Shown here in pieces: positions 41,540-55,220 of a DNA stretch of 64,000 nucleotides. Position 1 is the first letter of the stretch. Each line of letters begins with the position of its first letter. A program made the translations under genes and the position numbers. Origin of the DNA: Camelus ferus (lineage: Eukaryota); NCBI RefSeq assembly GCF_009834535.1, contig NC_045696.1:4962001-5026000 (forward strand), in the 5' to 3' direction. Under the pieces are notes generated by a model. The model was not told where the DNA came from. It was given only the letters and a program-made list of their open reading frames with translations, and ran no database searches.

Positions 41540-42385
41540 TACAACTCTTATTTCTTCAAGTAATTTTTTTGTCCTATTCTTCTTTGCCTCTCATTCTAGA
41601 ACACATGTTAGCTCACTTGATATTTTCCCAATATCAAGATTTCTGGTTCTTAGGTCATTTTTCTTCAATCATTTTTCTCTCTCATTAGGTTGCATGTTTT
41701 TAAATCTACTTTAGTCATTCCTGGCTCTTCCTTCATCTTTCTCCAACATATTGTAAGCTCATGCACACCTGTGCTGAGGTGTTCATTTTAGTTATTTCAA
41801 TCTTCAGCTCTGGGATTTCGTTTTTTGTATTCTCTATTTCTTTGATGAATTTCCAATCTGTCTAATTATGATGCATATATATTAATTTGTGATGATGGAC
41901 ATATTTATGATAGTTGTTTAAATCCTTGTTTGTTATTTACACCTGAGTGTTTTTCTGGTCGGTTTCTGTTGACCACTGTTGTTTTAGCGTGGGGCACGTT
42001 TTCCCCGTTGTTTTGCGTGTCTGGTAATTTTTTAAAATCAGATACTGGATGTTGTAGGTGACACACTGCAGAGACTCTAGATTTTGGCATGTCCCTCCAA
42101 AGGGTGGCCTTTGTGTTAGCAGAACCTCAGTTAGCTGGACTTGACCTCCAAAATTACCCCCCTCCCTTGCCTTGGGCTGCAGTTGAAGTCTCTGGGCCAT
42201 TCTTCCAGCCTCTGGTGATGCTTTTCCCCTGAGCCCCTGTGATCTCCTGAATTGTTAGTTGTCATCCAAGATTTGGGCAGATTGTATATGCAAATACTAG
42301 GACTTATACTCTCTGTGACTCCCTTCTTCCCAGGGTTTCCCCCTGACGTTCTGATGGCTCTGCCGGTCCTCACTCTGTCCTCTGT
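41540..42385 (-). mobile_element. Old L1 5'/ORF1 region fragments
   Basis: T-rich strand; tttgcgtgtctggtaatttttt...actggatgttgt resembles antisense L1M4/L1MC 5' sequence. Confidence 0.5.
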
Positions 42386-42397
42386 ATGTGGAGCTGA

Positions 42398-43037
42398 TAG
42401 GTGGTGGGAACGTGCAGCGGTCCAGCCGCTCTGGACAGCAGTTTAGCGCTTCCTCAAAAAGTTAAACATGCAGTTATCATATGACCCAACAATTCCACTC
42501 CTGGGTATATACCTGAGATAAATGAAAACCTGTGTCTACATGGATACCTGTATATGAATGTTTATAGCAACATTATCCATAAGAGCTAAAAAGTGAAAAC
42601 AATTCAGATGGCCGTCAAGTGGTAAACAGATAAACAAAATGTAGTATATCATGTAATAGAATGTCACTCAGTCATACCGGCAAGTGAAGCCACGATGCAT
42701 TCTGCAACATGGATGTACCTTGAGAACATTCCAGTAAGTGAAACCGGGCACAAATGACCGTATATCATAGGATCCCATTCATATGAAATGTCCAAAACAG
42801 GCAAATCCATTGAAACAGAAAAAAGATTAGTGGTTACCAAGGGCTGGAGGGGTGGGCCCACGGAGAGTTACTGCTAAAGGGAACAGGGTTTCGTTTGGGG
42901 ATGTGGAATGTTCTGGAATTAGAAAGTGGTGAATGTTGCAGAATTCTGTGAATAGACTAAAAAACACTCAACTATACACTGTAAACATGAGTTTTATGGT
43001 ATGTGAATTACACCTTAACAAAGCTATTTTTTTAAAA
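42398..43037 (+). mobile_element. L1MB-type 3' end
   Basis: tcctcaaaaagttaaacat...tgacccaacaattccactcctgggtatata...ttttatggtatgtgaattacaccttaacaaagct. Confidence 0.8.
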
Positions 43038-43084
43038 AAATCCTAGAATATCCAGCAATTTCTAATGAATCTGTGCCACAGTTG

Positions 43085-43270
43085 TTCAGAGTTTAGGTTT
43101 TGAAATTTGATAATCTGTTTTCAGGTCCCAGTTCCATGGCTTCTTAGTTATATAAACTTGGGGGAGTTCTCTAACCTTTCCAAGCCCCGTGTTCCTCTCC
43201 TGTAAAACGGAAATAATTGTGCAGACTGTCTAAAGCTGTGAGGATCAAGTGATAGAATGTTCTGGCAGTG
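43085..43270 (+). mobile_element. MIR SINE
   Basis: cttgggggagttctctaacctttccaagccccgtgttcctctcctgtaaaacggaaataat. Confidence 0.65.
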
Positions 43271-44786
43271 AGTGTCTCTAGAAGGAGGAAGGACCAGGTC
43301 TTCATTAGCAGAAGTGGCTGCACTCAGACCCTACATGCTCATGGATACTTTTGCATTGAGTTTGTTTGTTGTTCTTTTTTCAAAAAGTTCCTATGCTCTC
43401 GTCACGTGGTAAAACAGTTGTGTCTGTGTGACACGGTAAAGATTTGATAGGAACCTGCCTGTCCTCCCCTCACTGTTACTTGAAATTTTCTTTGCTTTCC
43501 TCATGTGTTTATTCTTCCAGATAAACGTTTGTCTATTTCAAAAAAAAAAACAATCATTGGGGGTGACTAAAATTTCATTGCATTTGTAGAATAATTTGGG
43601 GTGGGGGACCCACATCTTTACAGCGCTGAGTCCTCACATCCAGGAATGTGGAGCTTGTGCTTTCTCTGTTCTGCCTGCGTGTCCCTTACTGGAGGTGTGC
43701 AGGTTTCTCCATCTGGGACATAGGCATATTTTATTATTTTTCCCCACAGAATTTTGAATTTTGTATGCTATTTTAAGTAGATATTTTGCCTTTCCCTTTT
43801 ATGTGTACAGTTGATTCCCCAGTTCTTAATAATTTTATGTTATTATCAGACTCCAAATGTTGTTGGAATGTTTTTGCAGTTTTAACAGCTTCATGGTGGG
43901 ATGATCTGTGACCAGAAGTCTCAAAGATATATGCATTTCAGTTTCAATAGTAGCTGACTCATCCTTTCATTCATTCAGCAAACATTTGCTACATTCCTCT
44001 ATGTGCCAGGAAGTCAGTCACGCATCTGAGCTGGGATTTCGCAAACCTCTGTGCTCCCATTTAATGGTGGGTCCATGCCTGCCAGCCACAGCCCACCAGC
44101 CTCACACAAGTAGTAGACGAAGTTGGGTTTTTTCTTGTCATGCTGGAGAACACACACTATGGAGACCAGTGGGGTGTCTACATATGAGGGTGTCAGAAAG
44201 GATGTACTGGATACCTGGGCCTGTGTTAAGGGATTTGGAGCAAGGGTCAAGGAAGCAGCACTCGGCTCGGGATTGGATGCTGTAGGCAATGGGGGTGATT
44301 CCACAATTGGATATCTTGTAAATCTCATCCATGGCTTGGGAGGGATGGAGCCAGGCCGAAGCTGTGGTTAGTAAAATGCAGTCGTCACTCAGATGAGCGA
44401 GGACAGTGAATGTTTGGTCATTCTGTTGTGTATTTAGACGACGGTACTCATGCTGTGTCTGTGTTCACACATGATGATGGAGTGGGCTTGTTTCATCTTG
44501 TTCCATCTCAGCCCCGAAGTAGCCTTGTTTGCTGTTGCTGTTCTGTGAAACTGTTTACATTCAACGAGAGAGCACCAAGCCCGGCCGGGAATTCTCAGCC
44601 GGCTCCTGGACCTCAGGGGCTGCCTTTCTCTCTTGTGTTTCTCTGAATCATTGCTGTCACGTCGCTGATTTAACGTAATTCCCTTGGAAAAGAATGCGGA
44701 AGACAATGGGTAGTTCTGTTTAAACACAACAAAAGGAAAGAAAAGCAGCTACAGATAAATGCCATCTTCAGGGACTACTGGACCAC

Positions 44787-44912
44787 TTTTTGGAGGGGAG
44801 AGGTAATTAGGTTTATTTTATTATTTTTTTTTTAATGGAGGTACTGGGAATTGAACCCAGGACCTCACGCACGCTAGGCATGCGCTCCACCACTGAGCTA
44901 TAGCCTCGCTCC
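44787..44912 (-). mobile_element. tRNA-derived SINE (camelid vic-1-like)
   Basis: Reverse complement of the 26464 element (tggaggtactgggaattgaacccaggacctc...ccactgagctata); TSD gacca(c/t)tttt at 44781 and 44914. Confidence 0.88.
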
Positions 44913-47428
44913 AGACCATTTTTATTGTGACTTCAGTGGGAATAAGCTTACAGCCCATCTGTCTTGTTATGGACCTTGTGAACAGGTGCATGGAAAAAAG
45001 CTAACGGAAAGATGAGGCTTAGAGATGTTCCTCTGATGCCTTATACCATGTAGAGTCTGGGTATCTGTGCTGAAATGCTCGCTGTTCTCTTGGGGACTCC
45101 CAGGGTTGACTTTCTGCAAGGCAGTCCGAACTACTCACATTAGGACACATCCAAAGACAGCAGCCCCAAAGAAGGGTGACTGAGGAACATCTGTAATGCA
45201 AGGGCAGGTCCTGGGGGGATGCCCTGGCCACCAGGGAGTGACTGGCCGTCTGCTCTTTGCAGTTCCAGACATAGTTGTGTCAGGAGGTGGGAAGTGAGCC
45301 TTTGAGTATATGTTTTCCCATTTATTCAGTTAAATCCCACACCCTTAGCCAGTTCATGCCAGCACCTCAAGGGGGAGGTTCTGGCACATGCGTCTGTCCA
45401 CGTAGCTGCTGATCTTCAGGGGGTCACAGAGGAGCAGAGCCCATTTACACACAGACAAGTACAATCCCCCTCACTCTGAAGCTGTGTGAGCGGAACAGGT
45501 ACCTGATTTTTAGCTCATCCTGGGCACCAGAGTGTGGTTTTAACGGTCAGTGTTCTGTATCAAGCACTGGAGGACCACACAAGGTTTGTAAGCATGATGC
45601 AAGCATTGCTGAGAATGACTGACTCAATACTCTTTATTTTCTCTAAGGAGACCCATAAGGTAAACATTATTCAGGTGATTCTAATTTAGCCTTCTGCCTA
45701 AGGAAATGGCCCAAAGGCATCGCTTCCTGCTGGTGGGGCCTGGTTCTCACTGCGGAAGTCCATCCAGAGAAGTCCCCGCCCTGCTCCCTGTACCTTGTTA
45801 CTTAGCTCATGTCCTTGCTCGGAGTGGAGTCCTGATTGTTCATGAGAGGGGAGCCGGGAGCAGGAGAAAGCTTGATGTGTCTCTTTTGTGGTGCGACCGG
45901 CGCAGAGGACAGAGTTCTGGGAGGAGGGGCCGGGATGAAGCCCTTACAGCCCACGAGGATCTGTCCTTGGATAAGCCTTGTCCTCTGTCCTTTCTCCTAG
46001 TGAGTGTATCTGTGTCAGCTTTGTCTTTAAAAAAATGAAATCACGTGAGATACTTTGGTTTGCGTCTGCTTTTTTGTTTGACAGTATCTCCTAGTTGTCT
46101 TTCTAGGTAAATATGTGTAGCTTCATCTCATTTTTTTTCATTTTTTTAAACTTTCTATTAATTTTTAGGGTTTTTTTTTTTGCTTGTTTATACTTTTTTA
46201 TTTACTTTGGGGGGAAGGTAATTAGGCTGTTTGTTTGTTTACTCCATCTCATTATTTCTAACAAGTGCATCACATTTCACTGCATGGTTTGGCATCACTT
46301 TTATATCCGTTCTTTTCTTAGACATTCAGCTTGGGAACCAATTCGTGTGTTCGTGTCCCTTGAGAATAACCTCCTCTGGGCCTTGTAAGTGGGTCCTCCC
46401 CACTGTTTGCAGCGGGAAGAAACGCAGCAGGGAATGAGCAAGAAAGCTGAGGCCAGACCGTAGCAGACCCTGAGGGCACGTTTTTCAGAATGTGTATTTT
46501 TCGGTTTTCATCATTTCTGCACTTTTCAGCTACTTGCTCCTGGAGAACAGTTTTTTCTCCCCAGAGACACAGGTCACACGCCCAGTCCTCTGTGGCTCAG
46601 CTATAGATGTGATACGAATGGGCCGTTGCTAGAAAATCGAACCAGAATAAGTCAGATGTGCTTTGCAATTCTGAGTCCATAGCTATTAATTTTGAATGTG
46701 ACAAAGGAGAGAAAAAGCACATTTTCTTCAAGGCTATTGATAATACATTAGAGGAAAGGCACAGCCCTCTGAAAAGAATGAGGAGAAAAGGGAGTTTGGT
46801 GACCGTCTGTTGTGTTAACAGGTGCATGGCAATGGTGACTGCTGTCACTTTGTCACACTGCTACCTTGTCCTTGTGTTGAGAGCGGAGGAGAGTCAGGAT
46901 AAGCCCAGGACCACTGAAATAGTTGCCGTCTCCTGAGTTGTCTGCAGAGTCACTCCTGAGACCGCCGATGAGCCCCCCTTTCTCACGCACCCCGTGGAAT
47001 TATTTCTGCAACTGTAAAAAGTAGGGGTGTAACGACTGCCTCCCACGTTGTTACTGTTACTGTGCAGATGCTAAGTGGATCCCCTCTGCTCGGGCGATCC
47101 TATCCCCCAGGCAGCGGTCTTGGGTGTGTGTCTGTGTGCCTGTAACAATTACCTTTGTTTTCTTCTCTCTCTTCTCTCCGTATTTTATAATAAAGACACA
47201 TTAACTTTACATCATTGTGTTTAAGTTATAAGACATCAAGGGGAGGAGTGAATGTTGTCCCCAGGTACTTTACCTCCTCTTCTGAGGAAGGGGTTGGAGC
47301 GGTTTAGGTCGTACACAGGACAGTTCTATCGTGTTAGGTGGAAGTATGGCCTGGCTGTTGTCTTTACTCAGCGATGAAGTGTGGTGTAAGGAAGCGTGTA
47401 TCGGTGCTGAGTTGACACACGGTGAGCT

Positions 47429-47840
47429 TGCAATGGTTAATCTTATATGTCTTGACTGGGCTGTGGTGCTCAGGTGTGTGGTCAAACACCATTCAGATGA
47501 TGCTGTGAAGGTGTTTTTTTGGATGAGATTAACATTTGAATCAATAGACTTTGAGAAAAGCAGATTTCCCTCCTTAATGTGGGTGGGCCTTGTCCAATCA
47601 GTTAGAAGTTCTTAGAGAAAACAGACTGAGTTGCCCAGAGGGAGAAGGACTTCTGCCTTCCAGCTGCCTTCTCACTGGAGCTGCCAAAGTAACTCTTCCC
47701 GGGGTCTCCACCCTGCCAGCCTGCCCTGTGGATTTTGGACTTGCCAGTCCTCATAATCACGTGAGCCTATTCCTTAGCACAAATCTGTTGGTACCTCCAC
47801 CCTGTCAGTTCTCTTTCTCCAGAGGGTCCTGTAGATATAG
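47429..47840 (+). mobile_element. MLT2 (ERVL) solo LTR
   Basis: tgcaatggttaatcttatatgtcttgactgggc...gatgagattaacatt...aatgtgggtgggccttgtccaatcagtt...ggacttgccagtcctcataatcacgtgagcc. Confidence 0.8.
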
Positions 47841-48059
47841 ACTTTGGTGCTAGCGGCTGGCAGCTCAGGAGGGACCATGTGTCCACACGCACCTTGTAGC
47901 GGTGGCTTCCGCAAAGTCGTACGTGTTAACGTGCCATGGAAGTCCCATATTGTTTACGCAGAGTTGGAACTAAAAATATTCTCTACAGGCACTCAGGGTC
48001 AGGCTTTTGATTTGGGAATACCCCCAATTTAAAGTTGGAAATATGCATTGGATACCTAC

Positions 48060-48710
48060 TACATTTAGTTTCTCTCGCTGCCGTAACAAATAACCGTCAC
48101 TTAGTGACTTAAACAAAATAAAACGCTCCCATTCATGATCTCAGACTTTGCAGGTTTAGAAATCTAGTGGGCTCAGCTGGCTTCTCTGCTTTCATCTCAC
48201 AAAACCAGAATCAAAGTGTCACTGGGGTTGCGTTCCATTCTGAGGCTCTGGGGGAGAATCCACTTCCAGGCTGTTCAGGCTGTTGGCAGAATTTTGCTCC
48301 TTGTGGCTGTAGGACTGAGGTCCTTGTTTCTGGGCTGGCTGCCACCCGAGGGAGCGCCCTTCATCCCATGAAGCCTTTCCGTCCCTTGCGTGAGATCACT
48401 TGCATGTCAGGAGGCAGCAAGCTCAGGTTGAGTCCTTCTCCCACTTCCGATCCTCTGACTCTCCTCCTGCCCCACCCCTCCCGCCTCTCCTGCTGCTGCA
48501 CAGACTTATCCGGGTCCTCTGCTGTCCTCTTCCACCTGTAGGTCCAAGGGCCATGTGATGACATTGAACCACCCAGATAATTCAGAACCATCTCCCTATT
48601 TTCAGGTCAGCATTAGCAACCTTAATTCCATCTGAGAATTACATTTCGTCGCATAAGGTAACATATTCATATTCCAGAGATCTTGAGGATGCCACTATTC
48701 TGCCTCGACA
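48060..48710 (-). mobile_element. MLT1 (MaLR) solo LTR
   Basis: tttagtttctctcgctgccgtaacaaataacc...tgaggctctgggggagaatccacttccaggc...cagataattcag...ccactattctgcctcgaca. Confidence 0.8.
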
Positions 48711-48999
48711 CCTGCTAGGAGCCCTTATGGTTCACCAGAGAAAAGAGTCATGGGCCAATGACAGATCTGTCATAATACCATGGCAGACAATGACAGGGAG
48801 TTGTAGGGTGGCATCTGGCTTCAGGAATCACATGACAACAGTGGAGCAGGAGCTGTCGGTGCCATTGCCCCCAACCCACAATACCCAGTGCACTGCCACA
48901 TACACAGTAGGTGCTCAGTGGTTGAATGAATGAGTGAGTAGAAATAAAAGTTGAGCAGAAGACTACAGATAATGAAATTATCCTGCAGGGTGATGTGGC

Positions 49000-49260
49000 A
49001 TCCTTTATTCACTTGTTCACTGCATAAGTACATGTTGAAGATACGCTCCAGACTATGTTCGACGCTGGGCCCTGGGGAGTCAGCGGTGAACAGACCGGGG
49101 GCCTTTCCCTCATGGCGCCTCCAGTCTGGCACTGACGTGTATCCAGATGAATAAACGATGGTTAAACACACGACTAGTGCTGTGGAAGCAGTACAGCAGG
49201 TGCTCTGGCGGCATGTGGTGAAGGCCCCGTGCGGGATGAGTGAGAAGGAGACTCAGAGGT
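49000..49260 (-). mobile_element. L2 3' fragment
   Basis: ttattcacttgttcac...ctgggccctggggagtcagcggtgaacagac...ccctcatggcgcctccagtct. Confidence 0.55.
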
Positions 49261-50029
49261 CGCTGACTTAGAGATGGAAAGCTGAAAACAAAGAGGGGTG
49301 TCGTGAGCTGGCTTCCAGGGGAGGGAGACTCGGAGGTGGGAATTTGTGTGCAGGAAGCTGACTGTGGGGCACTTGGGGTTGGTGCCTATGAGGGAGGCAG
49401 GAGGTACGGACAGAGGGAGACGCTGGGGAGCAGGTGCAAGCGGGGCCCTTGCTGACTCTGCAGAGAGCTGTGGAGCTGACCTGGCCCTGCCGAGGCTGAA
49501 GGCCTGGCTCTCACGCCCATCAGCCAGTCACCTTGGCTCTCTGTGTTAAGTTGCAGTGCGCCTCAAATCTCTTGGACTTGGTGTAATGTATGCTTCTAGT
49601 GATTAGAAAACCTTGCAACTATAATAATCAAATACATTTAATACTATCCACTGTATATTTTCTACAAAGAGAATTATTGAAAAATGTGGTCTTGATGGGG
49701 CCTGGTTGGGGAAGTGTAACGAATCAATTCGTGTTTTCTCGCATGACTGCCTTCAACTGGGTTCTGTTGAATCTCCTGTGACAACTTCCCGGGCAGGTCC
49801 TAGAGCTTGCCGCTTGCTTCCTTGCATCATAATGGCCGGTCTGACTTAGACTGTGACACTGCACGCTCCCCCTGGCTGAAGAGTCTGGTCTTTCATTCTG
49901 GTCACCTTCTTGTCTTGAGTTGGGTTACAGGAGGAGACGGTGAGGGACAAAGGGGCCCTTATTTATCTCGACTTGTAATTTCTCTGATACTTACCTATCA
50001 AAGTTCTCTAAATGGCAAAAGGCCTACAC

Positions 50030-50795
50030 TCCAACCCCGTTCTCTGACACCAGCTGGGTGTCCTCCAGTACAATTCAGATCTGACACTAACTACCTGTGC
50101 TTAGTGTCTGACCCCACAAAATTAAAGGACTTGGTCCCACAGAACTGCCCTCACTTCAGAGGCCAGCATTAAGTGGGGTCCCCAGGCCCCCCACAGGTGT
50201 GCAAGGCCAGCTACAAATTAGGGGCTTCCTACCATCCCCTCGGGTTTGATATTTTGCTGGAAGGACTCACAGAACTCAGAAGAGTGCTCTGCTTAACAAT
50301 GAGTGTTCTATTTGAAAGGATCTGAATGAACAGCCGGGTGAACAGGTGTACAGCATAGATCTGGTGCTGGGCACGGGAGTTTCTGTCCCTGTAGGGCGGG
50401 GCAGGTCACTCACCCAGTACATCGATAACGTTCAAAACCAGGAAGGTCTCCAAGGCTCTTTGCTCAGAGCTGTTATCTAAGCTTCATTACTGGATGTGAC
50501 TGATGAGACCGTGATGGAACTCAGTCTCCAGCCCTGCTCCCTTCCCCAGAGGTTGGGAGTGGGAATGATCACTATTCGCTAATCAGATGCTTTGTCTTCT
50601 TGGCATGACCAGCCCCTCCCTAGAAACTGCCAGAGGGTCCACCTAGAGTTACCTCATTAACACAAATCCTGCTAGGCAGAAAGGAGTTCATTGTGAATAA
50701 CAGAAGACGTTCTCAGCATTCAGGGATTTCCAAGAATTTTGAAGCTCTGTGCCAAGACTCAAGGTCAAAGACCAGGTATATTCCTTATTAGAGCA
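50030..50795 (-). mobile_element. MER21-like solo LTR
   Basis: ctgacaccagctgggtgtcct...aattcagatctgacactaactacctg...gactcacagaactcag...tttccaagaattttgaagctctgtgcca. Confidence 0.7.
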
Positions 50796-51869
50796 CATAG
50801 CCAGACACGGGCTCCATTCTGAAAACATGTGTGACTTATTTGGCAGGTGATTTTCAGGGGGATGACAAAGAGATAAATAACTGCCCCCCCCACGATGCTC
50901 CCCACTCTCATGCAGAGATACTGGCCTTTGGACCTGCTCCTGGTAACCAGCTGTCCTGGATAAGGCACCAGTCAAGCGCGGACAGTTTCTGCAGTGCTGG
51001 TGGAGTCCCATGCGCCCTTGTCCTACCTCTCCCTCCATCTGACATCTCTCTCCCTCTGACTTACTTTTCTCTGCTCAGGTAGGTGTACAGTGGACGAACA
51101 TGTCACCTCCTACTGAAGCAGCAGTTGCGGAACATGACCTCTGTTCTCCCAACCTCTGTGGGGATTCTCTTGTTGCCCCCTCACTTGAGTTTGAGGGGGA
51201 CAGGTGACACAAGCCATGGCACTCTCATAACTCAGGACCACTTCCTCTTCATCTTCCATTTATCCCAATTTTGTTTTATGCAGTGGAAAAGGATGGGGAC
51301 TGGGATGGTGGTTGGAAGTAGCAGAGCTTAGTGGGAATCTGGTCCCAAGATTCTAGAAAGTTTAAGGACATGACAGCGTGTGTCACAGAAACCACATCAG
51401 GGACAGTAGTAAAAGTCCTGCTTGGCATCCACTTGCATTTTCTTGGCCACCTAGCCGACCCTTTTTAGGAAAATGCTTTTTTCCTGATTATAATAATTAT
51501 ACACGTTCCCAGGTCTTTTTAAATGGAATAATACGTTAAAAAGCAGAAGAATCTCCCCTGACCCCAGCATTCACAGATGGTGTTTTAAAGGATGCCTCAT
51601 AGAAGGAACTCTCTTTTCCTGCCCAAGATCTGAAAAATGTGAATGAGACAAAGGAGTCAAATAATAGCATTTCATTTGTCACTGACAGAAGTGACGTGGG
51701 ACAGTGCTGCTTACATCTACGAGGAAGTGAACTTCCTGACTGGAGCCAAGACTCCAACAGTTGCTCCCAGGCCACCCTAAGGATCCCTCGCATCCTGGCG
51801 GCCTCTGCCCACCCAAAGCACAGACCCACCACGCACGCTTCACAGCACCACGGGTACCGACGGCTTTGC

Positions 51870-52378
51870 AGCGAAGTACCCCGGACTTAGCTGTTTAGAA
51901 CAACACAAACTTAGCAGCTCCTAGTGTCCAAGGGTCAGGAGACCAGGGACAGTTTCCCGGAGCCTTCTTCAGTGTCTCTTGAGGCCGCAGTCAACTTGTC
52001 AGCCTTGCCAAGGTGTCACCTGAAGGCTCCACTGGGGAAGCCTGTGCTTCCAAGTTCCCGTGGTTGGTGTCAGGACTGAGTTCCTTGCGGGCTGTTGGAC
52101 TGAAGACCTCAGTTCCCACTTGGCTGTTGGCCAGAAGCCGCCCTTAGTTCCTTGCAGGGAGGGTGTCTCCACCGTGGCTGCTCGCTTCACCAAAACGTGT
52201 GAGTTGAGGAGGCAGCAGAGAGTCGCAAGATGGAAGTTAGGATCTCTGTCACCTGAGCACGGAAGTGACACTGTATCACGTTTGTCGTGCTGCCCCCACT
52301 CAAGAGGAAGGGATTCCTTGAGGTCGTGGGTGCCAGAGGCAGGATCACTGGGGGCCGTTCTAAAGTCTGCCCACCAGA
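51870..52378 (-). mobile_element. MLT1 (MLT1F-like) solo LTR
   Basis: cacctgaaggctccactggggaag...gttccttgcgggctgttggactga...ggaagtgaca...aggcaggatcactgggggcc. Confidence 0.75.
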
Positions 52379-52804
52379 AGGTGCGTGTTTCTGCGAGCCC
52401 CCCAACAAGAAGCGGAGGAAAAGGCAGCGCAATGTACTCCTGTTCCTCCCTCCGAACCCACTCCTTCTCCCCAGCCGGGGTGGCAGTAGGGGAGGCGAGG
52501 AGTGTTACACCGGAGAGCTGACCCTGTGGAAGGAGGAGCGCGGCAGGGTGCTGGGAAGCATCTCTTCCCTCCAGCACAGCACAAGCAGACGTCTGCTTTC
52601 TCTCTGCACGTGCTTATACATTTTTCTAATCCTACAAATATCGGAAATTACTCTTGGATCACCCACCCTTGTTCTGATCTACGTGCTGTCGACAATTTTC
52701 TGTCATTCAGTGTGATGCTGCCATGGGCTTTTTAGTGGTCTGCCCTCTCCATCACTTGGCTAGTCCTGTGTGGGTTTAGCCCTGTCCTTGGTGGCCAGTT
52801 TTGC

Positions 52805-52805
52805 C

Positions 52806-52831
<26 letters not shown>
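52805..52831 (+). repeat. Poly(T) mononucleotide run (about 25 nt)
   Basis: Directly visible. Confidence 0.9.
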
Positions 52832-52836
<5 letters not shown>

Positions 52837-53969
52837 ATCAACAGCACAGCTTCTACACCACATTTCATCGATGCACAAAGACATTTCAGGCTACGTGCTC
52901 CAGACAAAGGAGGTGGGAGCCCAGAAATCCGCAGAGAGGCCTCCACTGCACATCTCGTGATATCACAGGGTGGAGACTGGAGGTGCTTGGTAGTCCAGCT
53001 GTCCCTGACACTGACCTGATTAGCTGGGAAGGATGCCAGGAAGGAGAGGGTCTTGGAGACGCCGGAGGCAGGTAAAGTTTGCTCACAACCCAGCCTCTCA
53101 CTCATTTATCATTCAAGTCTCAAATGTGCCAATGAAGGCCATCATTGAAGCACTGCTTAATTACTTCCAGCAACCTCCATGGACACCGGCTGTCAGTAAT
53201 CCTTCAAATGTTCTCATTAGCGGCGAGGCTGGGAACGTCATCATGACCCAGCGCGGCTCAGCAGCCGGCCCCACCACCAGGGCACCTCAGCGCTGTCTTA
53301 ATGTGCAAGTTGCCCTTTCACTGATGAGCAGCAGAGATAAAAGGAGGCCACAGCGAGGCCATCTGGGGATTCAGAAATTCTGGGCTGATTCTTCCTGAGG
53401 AAGTAGGACAGGCCCACATGTTGCCCTGCGTTGGCAGGCCATTCATCACAACGTCCACTGTCAGTGTGGGATGTTGAAACAATTAAAACAAACCACAGAA
53501 GATGCATCGGGATAATTTAAAGTGTTTCATCTCCAGCTCTCGAAGCAGCGCCATTTACCTCCTCTCCTCTCTTGATACCTTCCCTTCCTGCCCCCACACA
53601 TCCTTCAGCCAAGGGTCCTCATCTCCCTGTCCCCATGTTTCTCATCCACGCACCTGACTTTTCCTTAAAATAAAACTGTTCAGCCCTGTAGGAATGTTTC
53701 AGAGATCTCAGACCCAGAAAGAATCGTTGGCTTCCCAGAGGCTGCATGGATGAAGCTCAGAACAGAGTCCAAGAATTTCCAGCCTTTCCTGGATCGCTCT
53801 GCCTGCCTGAGCCTTGTATTGCAGGGCCCTGCCAGGACATATGCAGTCTCAGATTTAAGTGCAAAGATCATGAAGTCAAGGTCACGGTGAGTGGAATCTG
53901 CAAAAACAGCAGGAGGTGACAGCCGAAGTAGATTCTGCAAAAACAGCTGGGCTTAAAAATCAACAAGGA

Positions 53970-54333
53970 AATGAGACGAATGAACTAATTTACAAAACAG
54001 AAATAGACTCACAGACATAGAAAACCAACTTATGGTCACCAGCGGGGAAAGGGGGTGGTGAGGATAAATTAGGAGTTTGGGATTAGCAGATACAAACTAT
54101 GATATGCAAAAGAGATAAACAACAGGGTCCTTCTGTATAGCACTGGGAACTATATTAAATGCCTTGTAATAGCCTATAATGAAAAAGATTATGTATATAT
54201 ATGTATTTTTAATTGAAGTATAGTCAGTTACAATGTGTCAGTTTCTATATGTATGTGTATGACTGAATCACTATGCTGTGCACCAGAAACTAATACAACA
54301 TTGTAAATCAACTGTACTTTAATTAAAAAAAAT
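53970..54333 (+). mobile_element. 5'-truncated artiodactyl-type L1 3' end
   Basis: gaactaatttacaaaacagaaatagactcacagacatag...actgaatcactatgctgtgcaccagaaac; 13-bp TSD aaatcaacaagga at 53957-53969 and 54334-54346. Confidence 0.88.
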
Positions 54334-55147
54334 AAATCAACAAGGAGACCACAGTGTTTACTCACAACAGCTCTGCCAGGCCTGAGACCTGTGTCCACAT
54401 GGAGGCCTCGTGCCCCTGAAGGACAACAGTGCTGAGTGGCCTGGCTCGGAGGCCCAGCCCTTGATGCAGGTTCTAGCAGTATTAGGATCTTGTGCTCCGG
54501 AGCCAGCGCCACCTCTGGGTTCTCTCACCACCAATGGGCAGCATGCCCCTTCCAGGCCAGGGGATCCCCCTTCCTCTCCATCAGGCAGTGGTCGCACAAG
54601 ATCTCTCTCCTTCCCTGTGAAGTTGTGACCTCAAGTCTGGGCATCCCAGGCTACAAAGAGAGTTTTTGCCTCACTCCTGCCCCTGGAAACCCAGCCCACC
54701 CCACACTTCAGAGGAACAGCTGCCGTCACAGACAACCTCCGGAACCTCCTGGGACGTTGGCTCCACGTGTGTCCTTGTTTGCTACACAGCAGATCCTCCA
54801 TTCCAGAAGTCTGGACTCCCCAGCAGGAAGGGACCTCACCCAGTCCCCTGGTCCTGCTTGAGGCTTCAGCTCCCTCCAGCAACCGGGGAAGAATCTCATC
54901 TAGCCTTGGTTTGAATGCATCCATTGGCAGAGAACTCACCACATTTACAGGCATCTTACTCTAACTGAAATATCATGACCGTCATTTTGGACAATACTAT
55001 TGAATTCCTACACTATTCTAGGAAACATGCTAGATATTTTCAATATATTTATATGCTGATTTCCAACAGCACCGCAGTCATCTGTTTGCCTTGGTTCAGA
55101 TGATAAACTGATGTTCTTGAAGGTTAAGATGGACTCAAGGTCACATA

Positions 55148-55220
55148 CAGGGTGATCAGCTGTCCTGGTTTGCCTGACATTCTCGGTTTTAGCATTAAAA
55201 ATTCAGTGTCCCGACACAGC
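55148..55220. mobile_element. MER81-like hAT-Blackjack fragment
   Basis: agggtgatcagctgtcctggtttgcc...ggttttagcattaaaa; recalled similarity only. Confidence 0.5.
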
